Shown here piece after piece: positions 40,681-50,668 of a stretch of 64,000 bases of DNA. Location: positions 64,001 through 128,000 of the forward strand of contig JBDRNC010000021.1 in assembly GCA_043811535.1 (NCBI GenBank). The letters are read 5' to 3'. A model generated the notes under the pieces. That model worked only from the letters and a program-made list of their open reading frames with translations, did no database searches and was not told the DNA's origin. The first letter of the stretch is position 1. Every line of letters starts with the position of its first letter. The stretch comes from Elusimicrobiota bacterium (GTDB lineage: Bacteria; Elusimicrobiota; Endomicrobiia; Endomicrobiales; JBDRNC01). Made by a program: the position numbers and the translations under genes.

Positions 40681-41265
40681 ATGTCCTGCGAAAAATCCAG
40701 GTACATATCGGATTACCTCAACAAAGAGCTTGATCCCGAAAATATCATAATTTTCGAGGCGCATTTTAAAAAATGCCCCGAATGCTCTCGTGTCATCGCT
40801 TTTGTAAAGAAGATGGGTAAACTCCATAAGTATCCTGCCTCGAACGATATAGCGGATATGGTAATGGAAAAGATCGAGAACCCGGGCATTGCAGATGTAT
40901 TGCGGTTCAATTTTGAGAGATTCTCAAAACTTGTCATTCCCGCGCTGGCTCTTGTTGCTATTTTCCTCATTCTGAAGTTCAATCCGGCGAATAATTCCGG
41001 CCTTGTAAAAATATCATTTTCTCTGCCTGACCATGGCGCAAATTCAGTTTCGCTTGTGGGGGATTTTAATAACTGGGACGCGTCCAAGGGACAGCTGCAG
41101 AAGCGCGGCAGGGCATGGCACGGCTCGTTTTACGTTAAGCCCGGCAGATACCAGTACATGATAGTTGTCGACGAAAAAAAGTGGATGCCGGATCCTATGG
41201 CGAAAGAATATGTTGAAGACGGCTACGGCAGCAAAAACTCGCTGATTGACACTAAACAGATATAA
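40681..41265 (+). CDS. Zinc-finger (ZAS) anti-sigma factor with a C-terminal CBM48/AMPK-beta-like glycan-binding domain
   Basis: HFKKCPEC (HxxxCxxC), one TM, then ANSVSLVGDFNNWD..VKPGRYQYMIVVDEKKWMPDP..DGYGSKNS. Confidence 0.85.
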   Translation: MSCEKSRYISDYLNKELDPENIIIFEAHFKKCPECSRVIAFVKKMGKLHKYPASNDIADMVMEKIENPGIADVLRFNFERFSKLVIPALALVAIFLILKFNPANNSGLVKISFSLPDHGANSVSLVGDFNNWDASKGQLQKRGRAWHGSFYVKPGRYQYMIVVDEKKWMPDPMAKEYVEDGYGSKNSLIDTKQI

Positions 41266-41363
41266 GCTATATCGAGTAGTTTCGAATCCCGATACGCTTC
41301 GCTTCTCGGGATTTCACATAAGCCAATTAAGAAATACGCTTAATGTGTTCAAGGAGGATGTCC

Positions 41364-42986
41364 ATGGAAAAGAAAATCATTTATTCTCTCGCGCTGATTA
41401 TCGCTTTAAGCGGATGGGCTTACGCCGCCAGGGTAACCACGATTTTAGGCAAACCGAGTATCACGAAGGGGGGTACAAACCAGGCGAAGGAAGCCGTCAA
41501 GGGCATGTCCTTGTACGATGCGGACAAGGTCCGCTGTGACGCGAAATCCAAGGCAGATATTGTGCTGGACAACGGGCACAGGATAAAGGTATGGCCGAAA
41601 AGCGAGATTTCCCTGGACAAGATCAAGGGCAAGGAAACAACCATCAAGCTGTTAGCCGGGCGGATAAGAGCTATCGTGAAAAAGCTTAGCGGAAATCAAA
41701 AGTTCAGTATAAAAACCCCGGTTGCGGTTTGTTCCGTGCGCGGAACGGATTTCGCGGTTGAACTAGGCGACAATAATCAGGTCAAAATTGAGGTTTACGA
41801 AGGTGTCGTCACGGCAAAAGAAGAGACGACGGGAAGCGAAGTCACCCTTAACGCCGGTGAATACACGCAGATACAGCAGAACCAGCCTCCTTCCGAGCCG
41901 GCTATAATACCCGAGCAGGACATGCCGTCCGACGTCGACCGGGGCGCCGAGGCGCCAGCTGAGACCGACGATGCTAAAGATGAAGCCAGAAACGAGATAT
42001 ACCAGGAGATCTCGCGCGAGGACGTCATCAATCGCTCCGCGGAAGAGATTAAATTAGCGGAATACCAGAACGGCAAATCAGCCATAGACTCTTCCGGACA
42101 CAGGGTAAGGCTTGAAGAGTACATAATACGCGGCGGGGAGAATAATCCGACCATGACTGACGCGCAGTTCAAGTATGTCGTGCTTAACACAAGGGATGCG
42201 TTCCCCGATGACCCGGCGAATCCCGGAAACGGGCATTTCAATTTTGGGAAAATGATATTCTCGTTCAATAAAACCCTTCCGACTGACCTGCCCACCGCGA
42301 CAAAAACCATGTTTTACAAAGAAGGCGAAACCGCCCCCGACTGGTATCTGTCCGGCGTTGACACTGTCATGTCAAACACGGTGGATCAGGTCAACGAGAC
42401 GGCTACCGGCGGTCAGATGTTCGCCGACAATCCTGCCACACCGAAAACCTGGACGCTTGGATTCGGCTATTACGCCTTTTCCGTTGGAACAGGCGGCAAG
42501 ATCGATAAATGGTGGGATTTCACGGACGTAAACGTTAACGGCACGGTGGACGCCGGCGAGCTGAAATATTATAATATCGCCACGGGGTCCCCGATCACGT
42601 TCCTGGTGGACGCAGACACGGGCAAGTACTATTTCCTTAATGACGACACATTGGCAGACGAGACAAGCAACCGCACCTATTTTACCGAATTTAATATGCC
42701 GGACGGCAATACCACTTTCCATTTCTATCAGAAAAACAACTATACCAACACGCAGTGGATATCAGCCGAAGATTATGTGTTGAATGACGCCGGGGACACA
42801 TTGTCGCTGTCAAATATGTCGGACATGACGTCAAGCCAGTTGGAACAGAAGGCGTACGAAGCTAATTTTGAGCGGATATACACATGTTCGCAGTTCAATG
42901 GCAGAAAGATAGACCTGCTTTTTAGCGCGAAACTGCTGATGGACGCGGGGATACTTAATCTTCCCGTTCCGCCCGCAACTGAATAA
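41364..42986 (+). CDS. Periplasmic FecR-domain protein with a long unknown C-terminal region
   Basis: RBS AAGGAGG; signal peptide; IKTPVAVCSVRGTDF, IEVYEGVV; EF-hand-like DVNVNGTVDAGE. Confidence 0.8.
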   Translation: MEKKIIYSLALIIALSGWAYAARVTTILGKPSITKGGTNQAKEAVKGMSLYDADKVRCDAKSKADIVLDNGHRIKVWPKSEISLDKIKGKETTIKLLAGRIRAIVKKLSGNQKFSIKTPVAVCSVRGTDFAVELGDNNQVKIEVYEGVVTAKEETTGSEVTLNAGEYTQIQQNQPPSEPAIIPEQDMPSDVDRGAEAPAETDDAKDEARNEIYQEISREDVINRSAEEIKLAEYQNGKSAIDSSGHRVRLEEYIIRGGENNPTMTDAQFKYVVLNTRDAFPDDPANPGNGHFNFGKMIFSFNKTLPTDLPTATKTMFYKEGETAPDWYLSGVDTVMSNTVDQVNETATGGQMFADNPATPKTWTLGFGYYAFSVGTGGKIDKWWDFTDVNVNGTVDAGELKYYNIATGSPITFLVDADTGKYYFLNDDTLADETSNRTYFTEFNMPDGNTTFHFYQKNNYTNTQWISAEDYVLNDAGDTLSLSNMSDMTSSQLEQKAYEANFERIYTCSQFNGRKIDLLFSAKLLMDAGILNLPVPPATE

Positions 42987-43041
42987 TTATTGAGAGGCAT
43001 ATATTTCGTCATCATCCATAATAACTGACAGGAGACAAGAC

Positions 43042-44274
43042 ATGAAATGCTCCCGAGTGTTCTTTTTTTGCTTTGCCGGACTCGTTCTTTTAACTAAAGG
43101 GCTTTACGCTGAAGTCAAAGTAACTCCAATCGCCAACATCGACTTGATGGGAGGGCAATACTGGGTAACGGGCGCCTCGCCGGACAAGCTTTCCGCGAAC
43201 CTTGACATATTTTTCTGCCCCGTGCTCAATTTTTCGCCGCGGACAGCCCTGCTCCCCATATACACGGGACTCTACAGCGGAACGAAGGACGTCAAGGAGC
43301 TTATCGGCGGCGGGACGCTGACGCGCGAGATGCAGGACCACTCTATTTCGCTGAAGTTCGTGCACAAGCTCAACGACGCCTGGAAGCTCAAATCAAGGGT
43401 CGGCTATAAGATAGAGTATTTGAAAGAAACCGTGGACGAGACATGGGGCAAGGGCCTTTTTGATTTCAAGAAAATGATAATAGGCGCGGAAGCCGAAAAG
43501 AGCTGGGAAACATGGAACGGACGCGTCGGAATTGACTACTACACGATGAATTATCCGAACTACCAGTCGCTGGTGTCTCAGACCGCCTTCCAGACATCCC
43601 TGGACACTACAACTTACACGGAAATCTCCACTCAGGCCGGCAAGGATGTCCTGGATTACAATACCATGTCACTATTCTTAGAGGCCAAGCATAAATTTTC
43701 CGCTAACCTTTACGGCACCGCCCACAACGACATCTCCATAAAAAGTTTTAAGGACCAGAAAATCGTGAAAAATACGGGCGAATTCTCTCCGGACCTGAGA
43801 TCGGACCTTGTGAATTACCTGACGTTCGGTATCAGGGTCGTAGGGCCGAAAGCCGTCTTGGGTATAACCGACGGCATACAGTACTACAAGTCAAACCAGA
43901 GCTCTTATGACGCGGCGAATTCCAAGTTCATAGCGGATTACTACAACTACACGCAAAACTCGGTAATGCCCAGCATCACCTTTACGCTTGGTTCGGGCGA
44001 CCTTCCGATGTCGCTGACGCTTTACTGGGACATTACATACAGGGCATACGCGTCCCGCCCCGCCCAGAGCGACGACGGCACCTATAAATCCGAGAATATA
44101 AACCAGACAACGAATACCTTCGGGATGAATTTCACGTATCCCATAATCAAGTCCGTTTCGGCGAAATTCAGCACGAATTACCGCGATTCTTCGTCCAACA
44201 TGAAATACGAAAAGAACTACAAGTACAATTACTACACTTTTAACTATTTCGTGGGCATGAATTGGCAGCTGTAA
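43042..44274 (+). CDS. Putative outer-membrane beta-barrel protein
   Basis: Signal peptide, Tyr-rich amphipathic strands, C-terminal YFVGMNWQL. Confidence 0.65.
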   Translation: MKCSRVFFFCFAGLVLLTKGLYAEVKVTPIANIDLMGGQYWVTGASPDKLSANLDIFFCPVLNFSPRTALLPIYTGLYSGTKDVKELIGGGTLTREMQDHSISLKFVHKLNDAWKLKSRVGYKIEYLKETVDETWGKGLFDFKKMIIGAEAEKSWETWNGRVGIDYYTMNYPNYQSLVSQTAFQTSLDTTTYTEISTQAGKDVLDYNTMSLFLEAKHKFSANLYGTAHNDISIKSFKDQKIVKNTGEFSPDLRSDLVNYLTFGIRVVGPKAVLGITDGIQYYKSNQSSYDAANSKFIADYYNYTQNSVMPSITFTLGSGDLPMSLTLYWDITYRAYASRPAQSDDGTYKSENINQTTNTFGMNFTYPIIKSVSAKFSTNYRDSSSNMKYEKNYKYNYYTFNYFVGMNWQL

Positions 44275-44360
44275 TGACGACAGTAAACAGTGAGCAGTAA
44301 GCTGTAAGCCGGGAAAGCCTTAACTGCTGACTGCTCCCTGCTTCCTGTTTACTGAAGTAT

Positions 44361-44376
44361 TGTGACCAAAATCACA
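44361..44376. promoter_or_regulatory. Perfect CRP-type box upstream of the 1653-aa cargo/porV2 unit
   Basis: TGTGA-ccaaaa-TCACA in the intergenic region. Confidence 0.7.
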
Positions 44377-44532
44377 CCGTCGGAGTTTCCGACGGATAAA
44401 AAGACAATAATAGGGATTTTAGTGCTTGTTTGAAACAAAAATACCGTTGAAAGCATATATTGTAATAGACGTATTTAAATACCGGAACATCAAAGCATTT
44501 GAACTTAAACTTGTTTAAGGCGGGAGGAAAAG

Positions 44533-47500
44533 ATGAAGAACTTCAGAAAACTTTTAATCGCGGCGGGAGTAAGTTTGCTGGCCGGTTCGGTCTATGCTGG
44601 CCTGGCAAACATTGATGTCACCGTTAAGGACCAGTCGGGTAATCCGTTATCGGGCGTTGAGATGATATGCGCCAAGATAGACCCGGCCTCGTTTACGGGT
44701 GATCCCACGCAAATAGATTTTAAAACAGGTAATTCGAGCGGCTATGCGCAATTCATAGAAGATACTGGATATGATTATTTGATTTTTATCAGTAAAAACG
44801 GCTATGAACCGTCGTTCTTCCAGCAGATGAACAATCCCGGCATCCAGCCTGTACGACTCCAGAACACGGGCCAGACTATTACTCTCAATATCACTATTTG
44901 GCAGTTGCCCGTGGGTTCAAATATGGGGCAACTAAGGTTTGACGTGATAGGTATTTCTCCTTCAGTTGTTTCGGACAGTACTACGATAGTTGCGGATATA
45001 CGTAATAGGGATACTGACGCGCCTGTAGCCATGGGTTTTGCCCAAGTATGGTTGACAAGCGCGACGATATTTGTCAATAATGTGCCCGCGGCTTCTTCGT
45101 CTACGTACAGGGCATACTGCGGCGTGGTTCAACAGGTCAATAGAATAGGCATGGAATCGGTTGTTTACAAACCGGTTACCGCAAGCGCGGTAAGCACCTG
45201 GCAGTTTAATTTCGCGGACGCGGGCTTTATTTCGAACGTCCAGGAACAGCCGCAGGGCGGAACAACGGGCGGAACAACGGGCAGCGCGGCATTTGTAGGG
45301 GTTGTAATGTCAACGGATAATATCCCGCTTTCGGGAGCCATGGTTGAATTGCAGAGGCATAATGACAGTGTCCAGTTCGGGGATTTTCGTGACTCGCAGA
45401 GAGTCGGCCAGACATTCACCGACAACGGCGGGAGTTTCGCGTTTTATAACGTTCAGGCAGGAACTTACGCGGTTTCAGCCAATAAACAGGGTTATCTGGG
45501 CCAGTATAACCAGAATCCGGGCTCGCATCCTGAAATGAGTCCCTGGGGCACCGGTTATGAGTACTCGGTAGGTCAAATGGTCAATGTCCAGCCGCTCAAA
45601 CTCGAAAAAGGATTCGGCAGAGTTAAGGGCCGCGTTCTTGTGTGGGACGAGCAGATAAACAACACGGTGCCGGTGGCAAACGCGTACGTTAGCGTCCATG
45701 GCATGTGGGATAACTGGCCGATAGTTAATCCTCCGTCTTTTCCCGCTCAATACGTATACGACAATTATTACACAACAGGGCCCGGCAGGGGAGGCAACGG
45801 CTGGGGTACCGCGAACACGGCTTCGGACGGCACTTTTGAGATATTCGGACTTGGCTCGGGAAACTTCAGCATGGAAATATGGTCCGAAATGTCGCAGGGC
45901 AATTACCGGTTTAACGAGGGTTATAACCAGCAGTATGACAGCAATGACCCGGACGGCAACGGCCCACAGCCGTATTGCAGGGGCGGCGACGATCTAAGGA
46001 TACAGATAGAAACCGGGGATGCTCCAAGCACAATTGTTTTTAGTTCCACGGCCTATGCAATGACCAACTACAGCGTAGGGATGTCATCGCCCACTTTTGT
46101 GTCATTGATAGACATCCGTATCAGCACGCTGGCCGCCCGCATCGGAATTATATCCGGTACAATCAATTTCAAGGACATCGGGGGAAGAACGTCAATCACG
46201 ACCGACGATCCGATCTCAATGATGGCCTGGGAAAATACGAATACTTGGACAGGCCGCAAGGTATACAGCTGGGAGTATTCTACCGGGCCCATCCAGAATA
46301 CGAACTATACGATATATGTCGCGACCGGATCTTCGTATTACGTGCAGTTCAAGTCAAAATCCTGGGCGGTATTGAACCAGCAGGACATGTACTGCGATTT
46401 AAGTAAGGGGCTTACAAGCATCACGGGCAAGAACCTGACGCTTGTCCCGGCGGGTTCAATGAAAGTTACCATCAAGGACCAGTACGGCAATGTAGTTAAA
46501 CAGACATCTCACAGCCAGCCCCCTCCCGGGAATATATATACGAGTGGAAGAATAATGGTCAGCGGGCCTACGCACTGGGACACGGACCTGAGCGAGCAGA
46601 CCGAGAATTACATTTACGGGCTTGTTCCCGGGGTTTACAAGTTAGGCGTGCAGATAAACAAGTACATTCAAATCGGCGAAGGGCCGAGCACGAATTTGCC
46701 CGCGGATTATCCGTTCACGACTCTTGAGAACGTGATAGTGTCGGTTGACAAGCAGACCAATGTGGAGATAAAACTCAAGCCCGGGACGCTTGTGATTCCG
46801 GGCGGCTCCGCTTCCGCGCTGCCGACTCTTCCCGCGGGAGCTAAAGGATTTTACGGAGTGGGCGGATGGAAGCACGGCGACACGCTTACGGCTGAACGGC
46901 TTGCGATGACATTGTTCTCTGCAGGAGAGGACCAGTCAGGCGGGCAGATGTCGGACGTTCTGTCCGTGGGTTTCATGTACGATTCATCCATAGCCCAATG
47001 GGGTCCGATGCGCGTGCCCGATGACAAATATGATTTTTATCTCGGGTATATTAATATATTCAATCCATCCGAGCCGTCCGGGGATTACGGCGGGCCTCCC
47101 GCCCCGAATTTCCGCCAGAGTTTCACAACGCTTACTACAAAATTGAACGAGGAAATAAAATACGATTCGCTCAATCCCGGCGCGACTCATTTCATCGCGT
47201 TCGGTTCGGGCAATTCCGGCACGGGAACTCTTGGGACCTGCACAATCAAGGGAAAAATAATCGTTCAGGGAGACAAGGCGTTTTCGCGCGACGCCGTGGA
47301 AAAAATGTCAAACGGCGGCATGGATGTTTTCTTCGAATATATTCCAACGGTGGTGTTATATGATAATCAGGGCAGTTTTAAGGGTTTCAGCAGCGCTATG
47401 CCCACACAGGCAAGGATAGCCGCCTGGGATGCTTTCTTTAACAATCCGAACCAGACTATTGAAGGGGCGCTTAACTTCTTCAAAACAGAACTTGGAAGTT

Positions 47501-49494
47501 ATCCGCTGGAGTACTGGTGCGAAAAGCTCCCGGCAGGCGATTATACGCTTGTCATAGGCCATCCGAATTACCCGCCAATCATGAAAAAGGTGACTCTTAC
47601 CGGCGAGAATGAGGGCGTGAATACGTATGATTTCAACATGGACGAGGCGAAGGTGCCCGGCTACTCGATTTCCGGGGTAGTCAAGAGCACCGACGGCGTA
47701 AATGTAATGGGCGCGAATATCGTCATAAAGAACAGGAATGCCAATATAGAAAAGAAAACCGAAACGGACAGTTCCGGGGCATTTGCCCTTTACGGACTGG
47801 CCCCCGGAGTATACAGGATAGACGTTTCTCGCGGCGGCTACGCTATAGGCGGCAAAAAGGTTGCCGTCTCCAAGGCAGATATTTCCGTAGATATCCAACT
47901 GAAGAGGTCGGACGGGTCCATAAGCGGCACTGTGTTTACCCAAAGAATGCCCGCAAAGGTCCTGCCCGAGGCAAAAATCATCGCATATGACGAGACGGAA
48001 AACGGCCTCGCGACGACGAACTACCTTCCGAGCTATAAGGTCATTACCGACAACAACGGACAGTATTTCATACCGGACGTTATTTCGGGCCATGTCTATA
48101 AGATATACTGCGTCGCCGAGAGCAAGGTGCTTGAATACAGAGAGTTGACCGCCGCGGCCGGAAACAATACAGGCGTGGATTTCACTCTCAAACCCGCGAA
48201 GCCGCGCCTCAGGATAAGTTCAAAGAAAATGCTCATCAATGACCAGATACTATATGACTTTTATATTGAATGTCCCAACAGGCTGGTTAACCTGAGTAAT
48301 CCGAACGGCGTCGGCGTTCCGTACTGCAGATACAGCCCTGCGGACACCGCTAACAGCGCGTTTGACGCGACTAAGGCGGTTGAAGTACTGGTTATACCCG
48401 GGACGAACAATACGTATGAAATTGCGTTTAACCCAGGCATGGGCAGCGATTACTATAAGATGAGGATACTTGCTACCGACGGCGTAAACGAGTTCTTTGA
48501 AGACGTGCTGTTCGGACCGCAGATAGAGGCGAGAGCGAAGAAGGATATGGCGGGCGAGATAGCCGAGGGCGGCCAGATAGACATTGATTCCACGGGTTAT
48601 GACACGACAAAGATAGGCCTTGACCCCGGCTCGGTCACTCCGGCGGACGTGACACAGACGACCGTCAAGACGGGCACGGCGGAAGTTCCCGTTGGAGGTT
48701 TCCTTTCAACTCTTCCGAACTTCCAACTCTCAAAGACCGGCAACGCCAAGTCCGACGCCATGGATAAACTCGTTAAAAGCATAGTAGCTTCTGACGTATA
48801 CGAGATAGATCTTTCGGGCGCGCAATTGAATAAATCGGTGACGCTGACTCTTAACTATGACAATGAAACCGTCGGCGAAGACGAGTTAAACGAGCTGCAG
48901 ATAGGAAAGTATAACGTGTATACGGGTAAATGGGAGATAGTACAGGGCATAGTCATGACTGACCCTCTGACAAGCACGGTATCGCTTGACGTGGAATCCA
49001 TCGGCGGCACTAACGCGAATCCGGCTCCCAAGGCCAAGTGGAACGGTTCCCGTTTTGTGTTGAACAAGGCGGCATCCACTTCGCAGAGCGGCATATACGC
49101 TGTTTTCCTGCAGGACCCGAATACCGTAAAGCAGTACAATGGCACGGATTTCGTGATATTCAACTTCCCGAACCCGTTTGACCTTAAGTTGAAATCTGTT
49201 GACACGCAGGACGACTATTCCACCGATAAGTACTCGGTTACGGGAACAATGATCAAGTACGCGCTGCCTTCAAGATACACCGGCGACATCAAGTTCTACA
49301 TATATAACATCGCGGCTGAGATGGTGCGCGAGCTTGACCTTGGAGTGAAAGACGGCGGCTACTATTACTACGCCGAATGGGACGGCAAGAACGACTCCGG
49401 AGAAGAATGCGCTTCCGGAGTTTACCTGCTTATTGCGAAATGCGACGGTGTGAAACTCAACGAAAAATTGCTCAAGATGGCGATAATAAAATAG
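44533..49494 (+). CDS. Large secreted protein (1653 aa) with carboxypeptidase-regulatory-like repeats and a T9SS-CTD/FlgD-Ig-like C-terminus
   Basis: Signal peptide; TDxxGxF..xxGxY units; C-terminal FNFPNPF..IYNIAAEMVREL..WDGKNDSGEECASGVY..KMAIIK; RBS GGGAGG. Confidence 0.85.
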   Translation: MKNFRKLLIAAGVSLLAGSVYAGLANIDVTVKDQSGNPLSGVEMICAKIDPASFTGDPTQIDFKTGNSSGYAQFIEDTGYDYLIFISKNGYEPSFFQQMNNPGIQPVRLQNTGQTITLNITIWQLPVGSNMGQLRFDVIGISPSVVSDSTTIVADIRNRDTDAPVAMGFAQVWLTSATIFVNNVPAASSSTYRAYCGVVQQVNRIGMESVVYKPVTASAVSTWQFNFADAGFISNVQEQPQGGTTGGTTGSAAFVGVVMSTDNIPLSGAMVELQRHNDSVQFGDFRDSQRVGQTFTDNGGSFAFYNVQAGTYAVSANKQGYLGQYNQNPGSHPEMSPWGTGYEYSVGQMVNVQPLKLEKGFGRVKGRVLVWDEQINNTVPVANAYVSVHGMWDNWPIVNPPSFPAQYVYDNYYTTGPGRGGNGWGTANTASDGTFEIFGLGSGNFSMEIWSEMSQGNYRFNEGYNQQYDSNDPDGNGPQPYCRGGDDLRIQIETGDAPSTIVFSSTAYAMTNYSVGMSSPTFVSLIDIRISTLAARIGIISGTINFKDIGGRTSITTDDPISMMAWENTNTWTGRKVYSWEYSTGPIQNTNYTIYVATGSSYYVQFKSKSWAVLNQQDMYCDLSKGLTSITGKNLTLVPAGSMKVTIKDQYGNVVKQTSHSQPPPGNIYTSGRIMVSGPTHWDTDLSEQTENYIYGLVPGVYKLGVQINKYIQIGEGPSTNLPADYPFTTLENVIVSVDKQTNVEIKLKPGTLVIPGGSASALPTLPAGAKGFYGVGGWKHGDTLTAERLAMTLFSAGEDQSGGQMSDVLSVGFMYDSSIAQWGPMRVPDDKYDFYLGYINIFNPSEPSGDYGGPPAPNFRQSFTTLTTKLNEEIKYDSLNPGATHFIAFGSGNSGTGTLGTCTIKGKIIVQGDKAFSRDAVEKMSNGGMDVFFEYIPTVVLYDNQGSFKGFSSAMPTQARIAAWDAFFNNPNQTIEGALNFFKTELGSYPLEYWCEKLPAGDYTLVIGHPNYPPIMKKVTLTGENEGVNTYDFNMDEAKVPGYSISGVVKSTDGVNVMGANIVIKNRNANIEKKTETDSSGAFALYGLAPGVYRIDVSRGGYAIGGKKVAVSKADISVDIQLKRSDGSISGTVFTQRMPAKVLPEAKIIAYDETENGLATTNYLPSYKVITDNNGQYFIPDVISGHVYKIYCVAESKVLEYRELTAAAGNNTGVDFTLKPAKPRLRISSKKMLINDQILYDFYIECPNRLVNLSNPNGVGVPYCRYSPADTANSAFDATKAVEVLVIPGTNNTYEIAFNPGMGSDYYKMRILATDGVNEFFEDVLFGPQIEARAKKDMAGEIAEGGQIDIDSTGYDTTKIGLDPGSVTPADVTQTTVKTGTAEVPVGGFLSTLPNFQLSKTGNAKSDAMDKLVKSIVASDVYEIDLSGAQLNKSVTLTLNYDNETVGEDELNELQIGKYNVYTGKWEIVQGIVMTDPLTSTVSLDVESIGGTNANPAPKAKWNGSRFVLNKAASTSQSGIYAVFLQDPNTVKQYNGTDFVIFNFPNPFDLKLKSVDTQDDYSTDKYSVTGTMIKYALPSRYTGDIKFYIYNIAAEMVRELDLGVKDGGYYYYAEWDGKNDSGEECASGVYLLIAKCDGVKLNEKLLKMAIIK

Positions 49495-49549
49495 CGATTA
49501 GCAATTGGCAATTAGCAATTTGTAAATAATATACTTGTAGGAGGATGTC

Positions 49550-50485
49550 ATGGAATTAAACAAATTACTAAAGGCAGCGGTTTGTAGCATCGTTGCCGTG
49601 TCAACTGTCTGGTCGCTCGCAAGTGCCGGAGTAGGCAAAACAGGCGCGCAGTTCCTAAAAATTATTCCGTCAGCAAGGTCCGCGGGAATGGGTTGCGCTT
49701 TTGCGGGACTTGCCGATGACGTCTATGCTGTGTATTCTAACCCGGCGGGCCTGGCGCAGCTTGAAAAGGCGGAGTTTGCCGCGACGTACATGAAATATTT
49801 CGCGGACGTGAATTACGGGTACATCGGCTACGCTTCAAAGGTGCGCGATCTCGGCGTGTTCGGCATCGGCTATACGTATCTTCTGGTGCCCGGGATAGAG
49901 AAAAGGGACCTTGACGAAACAAAGCTCGGCGAGTTCAACGCCACCGATATAAGCCTTGCCGTCGCGTACGCATGGAAAGACGCCATGCCCAGCCTTCTTG
50001 AGAACGTGAGCGTGGGCTGCGCGGTAAAACTTATTAACTCGCAGATAGATACGGCTGTCGCGTATACGGCCGCGCTGGATGTGGCCGCCATGTACAGCCC
50101 AATAAAGAATTTCAACACGGCACTGGTTCTGCAGAACGTAGGCGCCGGGATTAAATTTCGCGAAGTTTCCGATCCGCTGCCCTTGAATCTTAAACTGGGA
50201 TTGTCTTACAAGGCGATGGAAGGGCTGGCTATCAACGGCGAGCTGGACGAATATCTTTCGGATAACAAATTCTACGCGAGCATCGGCGCGGAGTACTGGC
50301 CGCTGAAGCAATTGGCTCTGCGCGGCGGGTATCGTTTCGGATATCACAAGGACAGCCTCGGCCAGAACGTCGGAATAGCAGGCGGCGTGGGTTTCAGAAT
50401 CTGGGACATGAGTGTTGATTACGCGTTTGTTCCTTTTGGAGAATTAGGCGACACGCATAGGATGAGTTTTGGAGTAAAGTTCTAA
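49550..50485 (+). CDS. Second PorV/PorQ-family outer-membrane beta-barrel
   Basis: GKTGAQFLKIIPSARSAGMG..DDVYAVYSNPAGLA; C-terminal DYAFVPFGELGDTHRMSFGVKF; paralogue of 10533-11600. Confidence 0.87.
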   Translation: MELNKLLKAAVCSIVAVSTVWSLASAGVGKTGAQFLKIIPSARSAGMGCAFAGLADDVYAVYSNPAGLAQLEKAEFAATYMKYFADVNYGYIGYASKVRDLGVFGIGYTYLLVPGIEKRDLDETKLGEFNATDISLAVAYAWKDAMPSLLENVSVGCAVKLINSQIDTAVAYTAALDVAAMYSPIKNFNTALVLQNVGAGIKFREVSDPLPLNLKLGLSYKAMEGLAINGELDEYLSDNKFYASIGAEYWPLKQLALRGGYRFGYHKDSLGQNVGIAGGVGFRIWDMSVDYAFVPFGELGDTHRMSFGVKF

Positions 50486-50668
50486 ATTCAGCAATTAGCC
50501 ATTAGCAATTGGCAATTAGTATTTGACGTTAACTACTTGCTAATCACAAATTGCCAATAGCTGCAGTTATAAACGGCCTGAATAGTTTCAGGGCGGTATA
50601 TTTATATTGTTTTTCATAAATAAATTCATTGATATTTTAATTATATTTTTAAGGAGAGTATCGCTAAA

